A stretch of DNA of 61,217 nucleotides, taken from an uncultured virus (IMG/VR IMGVR_UViG_3300032226_001346) (Duplodnaviria > Heunggongvirae > Uroviricota > Caudoviricetes). The position numbers and the translations under genes were made by a program. The notes below the pieces were generated by a model. That model saw only the letters and a program-made list of their open reading frames with translations. It did no database searches and had not been told where the DNA came from. Position 1 is the first letter of the stretch, and the number at the start of each line of letters is the position of its first letter. The DNA is taken from IMG/VR virus record IMGVR_UViG_3300032226_001346. One strand, 5' to 3'. This document shows positions 28,255 to 38,518 of the stretch, piece after piece.

Positions 28255-28488
28255 ATGAATTTTGAAGAAAAATTAATACGATATATAGCTTCTAAGCTTG
28301 TTCAAAGAAGATATTTTTTGAACAAGGGAGAAATGCCGGAACCTAAAAAAATTATTTTTCTTATTCAAGCGGTATTAGACCAACTCAAAAAAGATTACAG
28401 GCAATTAAAATATGTGAGGCTGCATTCAAAAAATGGCTTGATTACACCAATCATTAAAGAAGTGGTGGATAGTTTGAAATTTAAATGA
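28255..28488 (+). CDS. hypothetical protein
   Basis: coupled ORF in operon. Confidence 0.55.
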   Translation: MNFEEKLIRYIASKLVQRRYFLNKGEMPEPKKIIFLIQAVLDQLKKDYRQLKYVRLHSKNGLITPIIKEVVDSLKFK

Positions 28489-29012
28489 GCGATGTATTCA
28501 AAATCTATTCTCAACTCACTGACAAAGATAAAAAAATTTTTGTTTCATCTTGTTATGCAAAACAAAAAAATCTATTTGGATGCCCGAGATTAATACTTAA
28601 CAAAAATCAAAAAATTACACAATCTATTTTAAAAAAATTTTTCAATGAAAAAAATAAATATAGATTATATGACGAAAAATTTTTTCCATTAATAGAATCT
28701 GATGATTTAGCTTGTTTTGATTCATTAGATTTAAATATTATATTTGATATATCGCAGATTTCTTTTTTTGGTTACGACGAATTATATGATATTTCATCAG
28801 AAAATATAAGAAAAAAATTTAATTTATCAAAGCGTCATTTTGAAAAAGAACGTTTTATCTTATCAAATTCAAATCATTTTGGTGATACAAATACAATCTG
28901 TGAAAAAATCATATTTGAAAAATTAAAATCTTTATGGAGCTATAAATGGTCAAATCCAGAATCGTATTTAGGCCCACATGATAGATTTGATATAAATATA
29001 ATTGATGACTAG
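28485..29012 (+). CDS. hypothetical protein
   Basis: ATGA-coupled ORF. Confidence 0.55.
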   Translation: MSDVFKIYSQLTDKDKKIFVSSCYAKQKNLFGCPRLILNKNQKITQSILKKFFNEKNKYRLYDEKFFPLIESDDLACFDSLDLNIIFDISQISFFGYDELYDISSENIRKKFNLSKRHFEKERFILSNSNHFGDTNTICEKIIFEKLKSLWSYKWSNPESYLGPHDRFDINIIDD

Positions 29013-29583
29013 ATTTGAATGTTTTTTAAATAAAGAAAATAAGAAAATAAGCTATCCTGAACTAGCTGTTATTGAGCCTTTATTTGGAACGCCTCTCAAA
29101 GCTTTAGCGTTATTCACATCAGAAATAAAATCCGGTGAATTAATAATTGTAGAATATTTTAACAATCATATAGAAAGAGTTTATAAATCAGAAAATGAAA
29201 ATATTGAACAAATTTATGGCATTCCTAGCTTGGTGCAAGAAAATATAATATTAACAGTTGCTTTTTTATATAAAAAGAAAAAAATTGAAGAATATATCAC
29301 AGATATTTATCGTTCATTATCTATTCATGATTTAATTACTTTTAGATATGATTTGAATGATTTTGAAAAAGAACTTATGAAATATTTTTTACTTTGTAAA
29401 ACAGAAAATAAAGTGAATTATAAAAATTTACGCAGTGTGGTTTTTAAAAGTTGCAAAAATAATAAATTGGCAGAAGCCATATGTTTGTATTTGAAAAACA
29501 AACCATTTGTTCATTTTGGATATGATACTGCAGTAATAAAAATAAATTTTGAAAACTGGATTGTACAATCTGATTATGATTAG
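29002..29583 (+). CDS. hypothetical protein
   Basis: overlapping ORF in operon. Confidence 0.55.
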   Translation: MMTRFECFLNKENKKISYPELAVIEPLFGTPLKALALFTSEIKSGELIIVEYFNNHIERVYKSENENIEQIYGIPSLVQENIILTVAFLYKKKKIEEYITDIYRSLSIHDLITFRYDLNDFEKELMKYFLLCKTENKVNYKNLRSVVFKSCKNNKLAEAICLYLKNKPFVHFGYDTAVIKINFENWIVQSDYD

Positions 29584-30415
29584 TCAATTCTTTGCAGACA
29601 ATGAATTATATTTAAATTTTCTAGAAATTTCAGAAAGTAATATACCAATCAAAGATGGTAAAGTTGATAAATCTGAATTTTTAAAACTTGTTGAAAAGCA
29701 ATTTAGAATTTTGACTAGAAAATATCATTCAGATTTTGGTGGAAACGATGAAAGTTTTAAATTTTTATTAAAATGCAAGCATGTATTTCTCGATTCTGAA
29801 ATTAATAATAATTTTTCTTTAAATCTATTTGATGATAAATTTTTAGAATTTGACAAAAATACAATCGCCGCAAAAGTGGGCGACCAAATTTTTGAATTAA
29901 TTTCTTCTTGGCGTGATACACTTAATATTAAGCCGATCTTTAGGCCTAATCAAATAAGCGATTGTTATGAATGGATATTTAACACCGAAGAGGAAGGAAC
30001 CCAATTGTGTTTAAATGTTCAAAATCTTACCAATGAATATGCAGAAATATCCAGCGCTAATTATGGCCATGACAATTTAAACGTTCTTGTATGTATTTTT
30101 GTTCCAAGTAAAAGACTTACTGTGAATAATATTCAATATGATAACTCTGTGGAGTTAAAATTCAATGATAAAATTTTTCTTGAGTCGTCTAATTCGCTCA
30201 GCATTTCTGAATATTTGGCCACTCCAGACAATATAAAAAACGATTTGTGTAAAGTTTTTCGCGGAATTTTTACATCAAAAGAAAACGAAATTAAGGTCAA
30301 AAACGCATCTGCCTCAATAAAAGCTGATGCTAAAGTGCTAAAATATTTAGAAGATATTAAGCTTTTCTCTACGATCCAAAATGATTCTGCGGCAGACTTT
30401 CTTGATAAGCTCTGA
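29576..30415 (+). CDS. J-domain-like protein (HSD in place of HPD)
   Basis: VEKQFRILTRKYHSDFGGNDESFKFL; ATG at 29576 preceded by TGTACAAT. Confidence 0.6.
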   Translation: MISQFFADNELYLNFLEISESNIPIKDGKVDKSEFLKLVEKQFRILTRKYHSDFGGNDESFKFLLKCKHVFLDSEINNNFSLNLFDDKFLEFDKNTIAAKVGDQIFELISSWRDTLNIKPIFRPNQISDCYEWIFNTEEEGTQLCLNVQNLTNEYAEISSANYGHDNLNVLVCIFVPSKRLTVNNIQYDNSVELKFNDKIFLESSNSLSISEYLATPDNIKNDLCKVFRGIFTSKENEIKVKNASASIKADAKVLKYLEDIKLFSTIQNDSAADFLDKL

Positions 30416-30463
30416 GAGGATTTAGTGGTCTAAATTTGCAATTTGTTAAATAAGGGCAAAACA

Positions 30464-33118
30464 ATGGCTAAATCTAAAAATATTTTTGTACTCGACACCT
30501 GCGTTCTACTTCATGACCCTAACTGTATTTACAAATTTGAAGAGCACGATTTGTATATTCCGCTAGCTTGTATTGATGATCTAGATGAAATCAAGACAAG
30601 AAAAGATTCAACCGGATGGGCTGCAAGAGAAGTATTTAGGAATTTAGATAAATATGATATTTTGCAAATAACAAAAGGTGTAGTAGTAAATGAATTTGGT
30701 GGAAAATTATATCTTTATAATAATGAAGCCCCTTTACAAAGAGGCGAAAAACCAGCAATAGTAAGGGTTAATTCTGATAATGCAATTATCGATGCCGCGA
30801 TGTCATTGAAGGCTGAAAATGCTAAAAGAAAAGTAATAATTGTTTCAAAAGACACTGGGTTAAGAGTAAGAGCTGTAAGTTGGGGCTGTCTTGCGGAAAA
30901 TTATCGAAATGATTTATTGGGTGATGATAAAACCTTTGAAGGATATCGAACAGTAGATGTAATAGCTCTGGAAGATTGGGAATATTTAAACCAAAGAAAG
31001 ACTTGCGATATCAACAAATTAAGCTGTAAGGATGGTTTGCAAAATCTAAATCCCAACGAATTCATATGTTTTAAATTTGGTAATCAATCTGTATTTGCTT
31101 GGTATAAAAATCGTGAAATTATTTTCTTGGATGAAAAGAAGAAAAAAGAAGCTTATATGGGTGTTGTTGCCAAAAATATGGAGCAAAGATTTGCTCTAGA
31201 AGCTTTATCTGACGATAACATTCCTCTCGTGTGTTTGAATGGAAAGGCTGGGAGCGGAAAGACCCTTTGTGCTATTGCTGTGGGGCTGGAAAAAGTTAAA
31301 AATGGTCAATATGATCGAATTATTGTAATGAAACCGCTTATTGCCGTGGGTGGAAAAGACATTGGATTTTTGCCCGGTTCAAAATTTGAAAAAGTATCGG
31401 CCTGGCTTGGCCCATTTAAAGACAATATTATTCAACTTACATCTTTCAATGATTATGACAAAGGTGGCAAGTTTGGTGGAAATAACTTCGAAGAAATGGT
31501 GGAAGACGGCACTATTGAGGTGGAGGCTATGGCTTTTATTCAAGGCCGATCTATTCCAAATTCATATATTATATTGGACGAGTGTTTAGTTGCAGACTCC
31601 TTAATATACACCGGGAATGGAAAGCTAATAAAAATTCAAGATATTGTTGATGGAGAATATGTTAATAGCTGGAACACATCGAGTAATATATTTGAAAATA
31701 ATCAAATATCAAATAAATTCAGCCGAACTTCTGACACTATCATTAGGTTAAGCACTTCTCGTGGGGTTATCGAATGCTCACCTACTCACAAAATGTGGGT
31801 TTACGAAAATGGTTCTTCTTTAATTAAAAAAGAGGTTTCTAAAATTAATTTAGATGATTTAATTCCATGTGTCACTGAAACAGAGCACTATGTTGAGAAT
31901 GATCTTTCTGATTCTGAGGCTGCCTTGCTTGCTATGATATTGACCGATGGACACATTACAAAAAATAGCGATGCGATAAAAATTGATATGTCTAAAGATC
32001 AAGAGTGGTTGAAAGAATCATTTTTGTATGCAGTTAATGGAAATTTTTCAAAATTTAATATTGACAATAAGACAAATGCCAGAGGAAATATGATTGGAAG
32101 AATTAATAATCCTTCTGAAATTAAGCGCTTCATTAGTAAGCACAATCTCACTTGCGGGAAGAAAGCGCATAAAATTGAAGTGCCTGACATGATTTGGAAT
32201 GCACCAATTTCTTCAGTTAAAAAATTTATACAGTTGTGTTTTGATTACGAAGGTGATGTACACGTTCAGGAGAGATCAAATAATGTGCCTCAGTGCGTTG
32301 TAAACTTTGTAACTTGCAGTAAGGTGTTTGCGTATCAAATGCAGGGATTACTGCTGAAATTTGGGATTGAATCGCATATCTACAATAGTTCTCCAAAAAA
32401 TAAACCTGAGCACCATAACTCGTGCTATAAAGTAAGTATTGTTGGAGGCTATATGTGTAAAAAATACGGGCAAACAATTGGATTTTCAATGCAAAGAAAA
32501 CAAAAACAATTAGAATATATATATGATTTTGAATACAGTTGCCCTTATGTTTATCCAAAAGTTGTTGCATTGGATCTATATAATTCTCTTGAAGATAACG
32601 GAAGATGGAAGGACAAAAATAATTATTATAAGTCAAATATGAATGATGACCTCAACGGCAATAGAATAAATCACAATGATGGCCCTGGAATATCACACAA
32701 TACACTTCAAAAAGTTCAAATAATTGCAGATAAGTTAAATTATTCACTTAAAAATGTAGTAGCGTGTTCAAAAATTAATAGCATAACGTTGTTTGAAGAG
32801 CCTGCTGAAGTCTTCGACTTTGAAGTGGCAAATAATCACACTTTTATTGTCAATGGGTTGGTTTCATCTAATTGCGAAAATGTTTCACCAAAAGAAGCGC
32901 GAATGGTAATAGAAAGATGTGGCAAAAACTCTAAAGTGGTACTATTGGGTGATATGTCTCAGATTGAAAATCCATATTTAGATAAACAAAGCTGTGGTCT
33001 TGCTCATGCTATAAATGGAGGAAAAACACATGAAGTGGCGGCTTCAGTAACACTTCAAAAAGTAGAAAGATCGGCTCTTTCAGCAGCAGCTTCGCAAATT
33101 TTTAATGTTCAAAAATGA
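30464..33118 (+). CDS. phoH: PIN-PhoH (PhoH2/YlaK-like) ATPase, intein-containing
   Basis: PIN FVLDTCVLLHDP..DNAII..VSKDTGLR; Walker A GKAGSGKT; IGFLPG; QGRS; ILDE; LLGDMSQI. Confidence 0.9.
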   Translation: MAKSKNIFVLDTCVLLHDPNCIYKFEEHDLYIPLACIDDLDEIKTRKDSTGWAAREVFRNLDKYDILQITKGVVVNEFGGKLYLYNNEAPLQRGEKPAIVRVNSDNAIIDAAMSLKAENAKRKVIIVSKDTGLRVRAVSWGCLAENYRNDLLGDDKTFEGYRTVDVIALEDWEYLNQRKTCDINKLSCKDGLQNLNPNEFICFKFGNQSVFAWYKNREIIFLDEKKKKEAYMGVVAKNMEQRFALEALSDDNIPLVCLNGKAGSGKTLCAIAVGLEKVKNGQYDRIIVMKPLIAVGGKDIGFLPGSKFEKVSAWLGPFKDNIIQLTSFNDYDKGGKFGGNNFEEMVEDGTIEVEAMAFIQGRSIPNSYIILDECLVADSLIYTGNGKLIKIQDIVDGEYVNSWNTSSNIFENNQISNKFSRTSDTIIRLSTSRGVIECSPTHKMWVYENGSSLIKKEVSKINLDDLIPCVTETEHYVENDLSDSEAALLAMILTDGHITKNSDAIKIDMSKDQEWLKESFLYAVNGNFSKFNIDNKTNARGNMIGRINNPSEIKRFISKHNLTCGKKAHKIEVPDMIWNAPISSVKKFIQLCFDYEGDVHVQERSNNVPQCVVNFVTCSKVFAYQMQGLLLKFGIESHIYNSSPKNKPEHHNSCYKVSIVGGYMCKKYGQTIGFSMQRKQKQLEYIYDFEYSCPYVYPKVVALDLYNSLEDNGRWKDKNNYYKSNMNDDLNGNRINHNDGPGISHNTLQKVQIIADKLNYSLKNVVACSKINSITLFEEPAEVFDFEVANNHTFIVNGLVSSNCENVSPKEARMVIERCGKNSKVVLLGDMSQIENPYLDKQSCGLAHAINGGKTHEVAASVTLQKVERSALSAAASQIFNVQK
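31583..32872 (+). mobile_element. intein (430 aa) with LAGLIDADG endonuclease in PhoH
   Basis: CLVADSLI after ILDE; CSPTHKM; LLAMILTDG and FIQLCFDYEG; VFDFEVANNHTFIVNGLVSSN then +1 Cys. Confidence 0.9.
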
Positions 33119-34335
33119 CAAATCAAGTACCAATACCACAAAATACAAAATTATATCAAGTGGTAAATGGAGCAATTGTATCGCCTAGAATTTCCACAAA
33201 TTCTATAGCATGCAATTGCTCCGCATCCAATTACAGTGATTTAAAAAATAATCAGTGGATTTATCAAGTTTATAATCAAAATGTTTCTGTAATGCATCTT
33301 TATTATAATGATAAAAGTCTTTCTATTTTTAGGCCCAATTTAATAAGCTATTATTCTTTTGATGGCATTGATCCATCAAATAATAATCTTACTCCGGGAT
33401 TGGTTTATCAATTTTTGAACTTAAATAGCCCGTCTGTACAATTTTTACCTTTGATTGCATTACTTTTTACAACAAATGTTGTAATCACTAGCAATATTAT
33501 TAGCAATTTACAAAATCCGCCGCCGATAGGAAGCTATTTATTTTTAACAAATCAAACAAATATCGCACAAAATGGCATGTACCGAATCACTGCGATAAAT
33601 GGCACTAATGTTACTGTTTATTTAGACAATCGATTCAACACAATTTTAAACAATACCACTCCAAATGTTTTTACTAGAATAGCTGTATCTACATCTGACC
33701 TTTCCTCAGCTAACTATTATGGAGTATTTTACAATGGATCAAACTATGATATCTATACACAGACAATTGAAATATTTTTAGGCTCTGTGGATTATGGAAT
33801 AACACAAGCTTTTGATATAACCAGCAACTCTTTATCAATTTCGATATTTAGTTCACAATCAATTACTCCTAAAATTGGAGAAAAAATTGCTTTAAATATA
33901 TCTAGTGGCGGATACACTTCGGGTATTTATGAAATATACAAAATAACAAACAATCTTGTGTATTTTCAGCCAATTTATCCAACATTCGTGTTTTATCAAC
34001 AATTTATAAAAGTGAAGCTTGATCTCATAACATTAAATTCAGCTGTCTGGTATGTTTCTACAAAAATTAATCAAATACTTTATGGAAGTTGTCGTTTTTC
34101 ATTTTCTACTGTAGATATAACACAATCGATATTAAGCAATCCATCGCTTTGGGCCGCTCAGGTTGGTCTAGCAAATGACACAATTATTGGATGGCCTTTA
34201 TATTTAAATTCAACAGCTAATCCGTATATATATAATTCTGATACTTTTGTTACCACGGTACAAGTGCCGACATGGGTTAGTAATAATTCAGAATTAATTG
34301 GGCTATCATTAAATTTATATTACAGAGGAAACTAA
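33115..34335 (+). CDS. virion structural protein (tail/fiber-associated)
   Basis: N/S/T/I/Y-rich; LFLTNQTNIAQNGMYRI motif seen in phage fiber and decoration proteins. Confidence 0.55.
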   Translation: MTNQVPIPQNTKLYQVVNGAIVSPRISTNSIACNCSASNYSDLKNNQWIYQVYNQNVSVMHLYYNDKSLSIFRPNLISYYSFDGIDPSNNNLTPGLVYQFLNLNSPSVQFLPLIALLFTTNVVITSNIISNLQNPPPIGSYLFLTNQTNIAQNGMYRITAINGTNVTVYLDNRFNTILNNTTPNVFTRIAVSTSDLSSANYYGVFYNGSNYDIYTQTIEIFLGSVDYGITQAFDITSNSLSISIFSSQSITPKIGEKIALNISSGGYTSGIYEIYKITNNLVYFQPIYPTFVFYQQFIKVKLDLITLNSAVWYVSTKINQILYGSCRFSFSTVDITQSILSNPSLWAAQVGLANDTIIGWPLYLNSTANPYIYNSDTFVTTVQVPTWVSNNSELIGLSLNLYYRGN

Positions 34336-35490
34336 ATGGCATACGGATTTCAATTAAGAAAAGTGACGGATAATACAGTTATTGATGGCAATTTAATATT
34401 TTCTACTGCTGCTAGAAATGGAATTTCTACATCAGATGCATATTATTTTGAAGCAATTAATTTTAATAGCAATCTGATCTATCTATCTATGGATAATCTT
34501 GCCGATTATTTACCTTCATCAAATGCGTATTCAGCGAATATGAATTTTGATCTAATTAATCAAAACTTTATTCCAAGGGTTAGAAATCTATCAAAGCCTA
34601 CAATTGTAAAAATCTGCGATATAGATTCTTATGAAACGTCTACCACTACTAAAATTAATATTTCTTCTGGACTGAAAGTGGGTTCTCAAATTTTATCAAA
34701 TTATTCAAGTCCTTCCACTTTGCAAACTGTTACAGCTTTAAATACAATTCAGTATGCCACCAGTAAGCTAAACACAATTGTTAATTCAAATTATATTCAA
34801 CAAGATAATTTTGCATATGTTAAATATTTTGATCCAGTGAATAATTTTAATAAATATTTTTTGTTGTCATTTGCCAGCGGGTCAGCTGATTGGATTGAAA
34901 TCCCAGATGATTCATTTTATAATTACATAGATTTTTATTTAACTATTTCTACGCCATTTCAGGGCATATCTTTAGATATTGCTCTATTTCAGAATATCAC
35001 AATCGCAAGAAATCAAACAATTTTAATCAACTGCCAGACTAATGATCTATTATCGGGACTTTATACTATAGATTACATCGCTTCAGCAGTATTTTTGAAA
35101 AAAGGCAATTTATTCTTTAATTATATTGGTCAAACATTTTTTTGCAAAACAAATATTGATTTATCATCTAGTACAAATAGTGTGAGCTGTTGCTATTATG
35201 TTCCATACACATATGGTAATACATCAGAAGCTTTCTCCAAAGGTTTAAACCTTATAAAATTTATCAATTCTATAGCAACTGCGGCCAACTATCTACCACT
35301 AATTTGCGACGTTATTGATAGCAATAACAATTTTATTTCTTCATCTACTTTTTTAATACCAACAAACAATACGATAAATTTAACAAAAATTTCAGATCAA
35401 TTTATAATTGCTATGAATGTTGGGCCCTATCTCAACGATGGAATGTTTTTTAATGGAAGCTTCAATATACAAATCGATGAAGGGTTTTGA
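34336..35490 (+). CDS. virion structural protein
   Basis: composition like the upstream gene; related ILINCQTNDLLSGLYTI segment. Confidence 0.5.
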   Translation: MAYGFQLRKVTDNTVIDGNLIFSTAARNGISTSDAYYFEAINFNSNLIYLSMDNLADYLPSSNAYSANMNFDLINQNFIPRVRNLSKPTIVKICDIDSYETSTTTKINISSGLKVGSQILSNYSSPSTLQTVTALNTIQYATSKLNTIVNSNYIQQDNFAYVKYFDPVNNFNKYFLLSFASGSADWIEIPDDSFYNYIDFYLTISTPFQGISLDIALFQNITIARNQTILINCQTNDLLSGLYTIDYIASAVFLKKGNLFFNYIGQTFFCKTNIDLSSSTNSVSCCYYVPYTYGNTSEAFSKGLNLIKFINSIATAANYLPLICDVIDSNNNFISSSTFLIPTNNTINLTKISDQFIIAMNVGPYLNDGMFFNGSFNIQIDEGF

Positions 35491-35514
35491 TATTGAAGTC
35501 CAGAAGTGAGAAGT

Positions 35515-35934
35515 ATGCAAGAAAAAGAAATTTTAGATGCATTAGAGTCAGTAGCGCAAAGTTTCTATTCCAACGAAGAAAAAGCTTTAATTTTTGCACA
35601 TATATTGGATGAAAAAACAAATATCAAAACTGCAAAAAGTTTAAATCGTATTGTTTTAGAAAAAATTGCTGAGCACAGCAAAGGTGATCTCAGAGAAGCA
35701 CAAAACACAGCGCCTAAAATGTTTCAAGATTTTAGTGAAATAGAAGAATATCCAAAGCCATTTGAAATGATTAATAAAAAAGAAATTGATGCTTTTTTGG
35801 ATAAAATGACTTCAAATAAATTTGAAGGAAATTTCTTTGATGACACTTTTGAATTTGTTCATCCAGTTGAAGCAATGGAAGCCGAAGGTGTTGCCCGCCA
35901 TAGATCAGATTTTAATGTGAGTAATATAGCGTGA
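35515..35934 (+). CDS. putative head-associated protein (start MQEKEILD)
   Basis: ATG 34 nt after AGG at 35481; IKTA, EKIA, LREA motifs. Confidence 0.6.
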   Translation: MQEKEILDALESVAQSFYSNEEKALIFAHILDEKTNIKTAKSLNRIVLEKIAEHSKGDLREAQNTAPKMFQDFSEIEEYPKPFEMINKKEIDAFLDKMTSNKFEGNFFDDTFEFVHPVEAMEAEGVARHRSDFNVSNIA

Positions 35935-36503
35935 TGAGATTAGCACAAATTCCAGGAATGCCAGCGATGCCCACGGCTGACCCTGCTGCGGCGGGAGGAG
36001 AAGCTGCGCCGGCAGGCCCTGCATTTAAAATTATTTATTCACCATTGGATTCTTTAGCAAAAATTTTAGCAGATTTAGATTTTAAAACTTTTTTAGAAAA
36101 TAATTTTGGTACAGATTCAGATGAATTAGCGCATAAAATTTGGGTGATGTATGGCGGATCTGAAGATGAATTAGAACCAGGCAAAAAAGGTGAAAGAAAA
36201 GATTCTCCATCTTCAGATGATGTTACGCAGCAAACCCAAGCTCAAGAAGAAGAATACAACCGCACGAGAAAATCAAGATGGGAAAGATTGCCTGAAGGTG
36301 TAAGCATAGAAGAGATCACCGATCCGCAGACTATTGCTAGTACAATAACAAGTGGATTTGCAATGCTTGCTAAAATGAACTCAAAACCCGCACAAGCTAA
36401 TTCTATAGCAAACTTAATTCGTATAGCAGAAATAGCGGAATCAAATAAAAATTTTACATTTGCGGACAGAATTGATAGCTACCTAAAATGTTTACTCATT
36501 TAA
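35931..36503 (+). CDS. putative head-associated protein
   Basis: MMRLAQ start, P/A-rich linker, C-terminal helical module LIRIAEIAESNKNFTFADRID. Confidence 0.6.
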   Translation: MMRLAQIPGMPAMPTADPAAAGGEAAPAGPAFKIIYSPLDSLAKILADLDFKTFLENNFGTDSDELAHKIWVMYGGSEDELEPGKKGERKDSPSSDDVTQQTQAQEEEYNRTRKSRWERLPEGVSIEEITDPQTIASTITSGFAMLAKMNSKPAQANSIANLIRIAEIAESNKNFTFADRIDSYLKCLLI

Positions 36504-37426
36504 CAAGACAAGTTTTTCTTACTGGTGTTTTGTCGCCGCCGATTCTGGTCAATGGATCAGATCCAATCAAAACATCAGAATATAATATTCAAATGAATCA
36601 AGAAATTGATTTAAATATGTTTTACATGCAAGCTGGGCCCGGCGCAAGTGTTGCAAATTTTAAGGGAAAGAAAATTAATGGAAGCATGTTGTTCTTTCTG
36701 AGAATAAATCAATCTAATTATCTGGAAACAGGAGTAAAAGATATTATAAATTCTGGACAGAATTACGAATCAATAATATCGCTCACCACGCTTGTTCTTC
36801 CATATAATTCTAATATCACAGCTGAAGGGAATCCATACACCACTAGTACAAACAATTTTGTTTTTGATACATGCTTAGTCAAATCTGTCACTATATCAGC
36901 CAAAGACAATAGTGAGGTAGAAGTTCGTGCTGAAATCTTAGGACAAAACGATGGTGAAAATATCACTCCTTTTCCTAATCCTCAGGATGAATATTCATTA
37001 TATAGAAACTTAAATTGGTATGACTGCCAATTTAACAATAATGGATCGCAATTGGAAACTTTAAAAGAGTTTGAATTAAAGATAGAAAAGGATATTGACC
37101 AAAAATATTTTTTGTTTCCTTATAGTGATCCAACAAGATATGATCGGCCTTATTCTAGTGGAGTGAAATCTGTGACAGTTTCTTTTAAATATGTTGAACA
37201 AGTTACAAATATTTTTGATGTATTTTCGTATTCTTTAGGCGGATATGATATGTCGGCGGGGCTATCTGGAAATTTTGGCCCGATTTCATTTACCATCCCA
37301 GATGTTTTATTAAGAATTTCTACACAATCTTTGCCTTCTGGTCAAATCCTTAGAACAACTGAGGGCTTTTATCAAATGAATCCATTAACACCAGATACTA
37401 ATAACTTTTTATTAAATGTTCCTTGA
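36488..37426 (+). CDS. tail-tube-like protein (paralog)
   Basis: FYMQAG, GKKINGSM, CLVKSVTIS, YRNLNWYDC, LKEFELKIEKDI. Confidence 0.6.
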   Translation: MFTHLTRQVFLTGVLSPPILVNGSDPIKTSEYNIQMNQEIDLNMFYMQAGPGASVANFKGKKINGSMLFFLRINQSNYLETGVKDIINSGQNYESIISLTTLVLPYNSNITAEGNPYTTSTNNFVFDTCLVKSVTISAKDNSEVEVRAEILGQNDGENITPFPNPQDEYSLYRNLNWYDCQFNNNGSQLETLKEFELKIEKDIDQKYFLFPYSDPTRYDRPYSSGVKSVTVSFKYVEQVTNIFDVFSYSLGGYDMSAGLSGNFGPISFTIPDVLLRISTQSLPSGQILRTTEGFYQMNPLTPDTNNFLLNVP

Positions 37427-37462
37427 AGAGGCTCATATGGCAATTATTAATAAATATATATC

Positions 37463-38518
37463 ATGCCTTTAAATAATTTTTTCTATGGTATATACAATAT
37501 TGCTTCCTTAAATAGTACAGGAACAACGCCACAGCCTTATATCATTAAAAATTTAACCGTAAACGACACTATGGATTCAAAGGCAGAATTTTATATGCAA
37601 GGCACTCTGCTTCCTAAAATTTTAAATGTCGGCCACACCAAAGAATCGTTCACTGTAGAATCTCCGATTCTAGTATCAACATCATCCGTGAATGGCAACA
37701 ATACACTAAAAGACGGAAGACAATTATTATTTGATTTTGTGAACTATAAATACGGAACCACTGTAGGCCAAATTAATTACGCAGGCAACGCATTTAATAG
37801 TTTGCCTATGATTGAAAGTATCACTATTAATATTGGCGTAGATGAATCTAATGTGAACATGAGCTTGCTTTCGGATGGTGATCCAAATAACTCATATAAT
37901 ATATATAATATCAAAAAAGGTACTAGCGGGCTTGTAACAAGTGTAGGCTTAAACAATAATGCAAGAGTGGCAAAAAATTGGGATTTTTACGTAAATCTCG
38001 GCGGAATTTTATATTTTATTGAAAACGCAAAGATAACATTGAGAGCAGCATCTTCTGAAAAAAATTTCTTAGGCGCTTATCCATTTGTTTATAATCAAGT
38101 TCCTGCTGATGGACTGAATAATGGTGTTTACACTCCTCCGGATACTACATATAGCAATTGGCAATTCCCATTTATTGCACAGGGTGGAATAACAATTGAA
38201 GCAAGCGGCAAGGCATCTATATCAATTAATGCAAATAACGACTCGATCAATTTTGTTAATCCTGTTTCGCCCCCAAATTCATACCCAATAACTTCACGGG
38301 CGGGCTTACTTGCTGCCGCGAATGTTACACTTCAAGACACTGGCGTGTTCACTCCAGGATCAGGTTCATTCCAGGTGTGGCTGGCTAATGCTAATTCTGC
38401 ACCAATTCAAATGATACCCAACGCACTAACAATAACAAACGCTATCATAACAAAGAAAAATGCATCATTCACGCCACAAATGATGGAAGTGGATTTCAGT
38501 TTACTCGCTTATGTCTAA
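37463..38518 (+). CDS. tail-tube-like protein (candidate major tube subunit)
   Basis: FYMQGT, MIESITINI, RVAKNWDF; has its own class-1 promoter (AGG 37429). Confidence 0.55.
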   Translation: MPLNNFFYGIYNIASLNSTGTTPQPYIIKNLTVNDTMDSKAEFYMQGTLLPKILNVGHTKESFTVESPILVSTSSVNGNNTLKDGRQLLFDFVNYKYGTTVGQINYAGNAFNSLPMIESITINIGVDESNVNMSLLSDGDPNNSYNIYNIKKGTSGLVTSVGLNNNARVAKNWDFYVNLGGILYFIENAKITLRAASSEKNFLGAYPFVYNQVPADGLNNGVYTPPDTTYSNWQFPFIAQGGITIEASGKASISINANNDSINFVNPVSPPNSYPITSRAGLLAAANVTLQDTGVFTPGSGSFQVWLANANSAPIQMIPNALTITNAIITKKNASFTPQMMEVDFSLLAYV

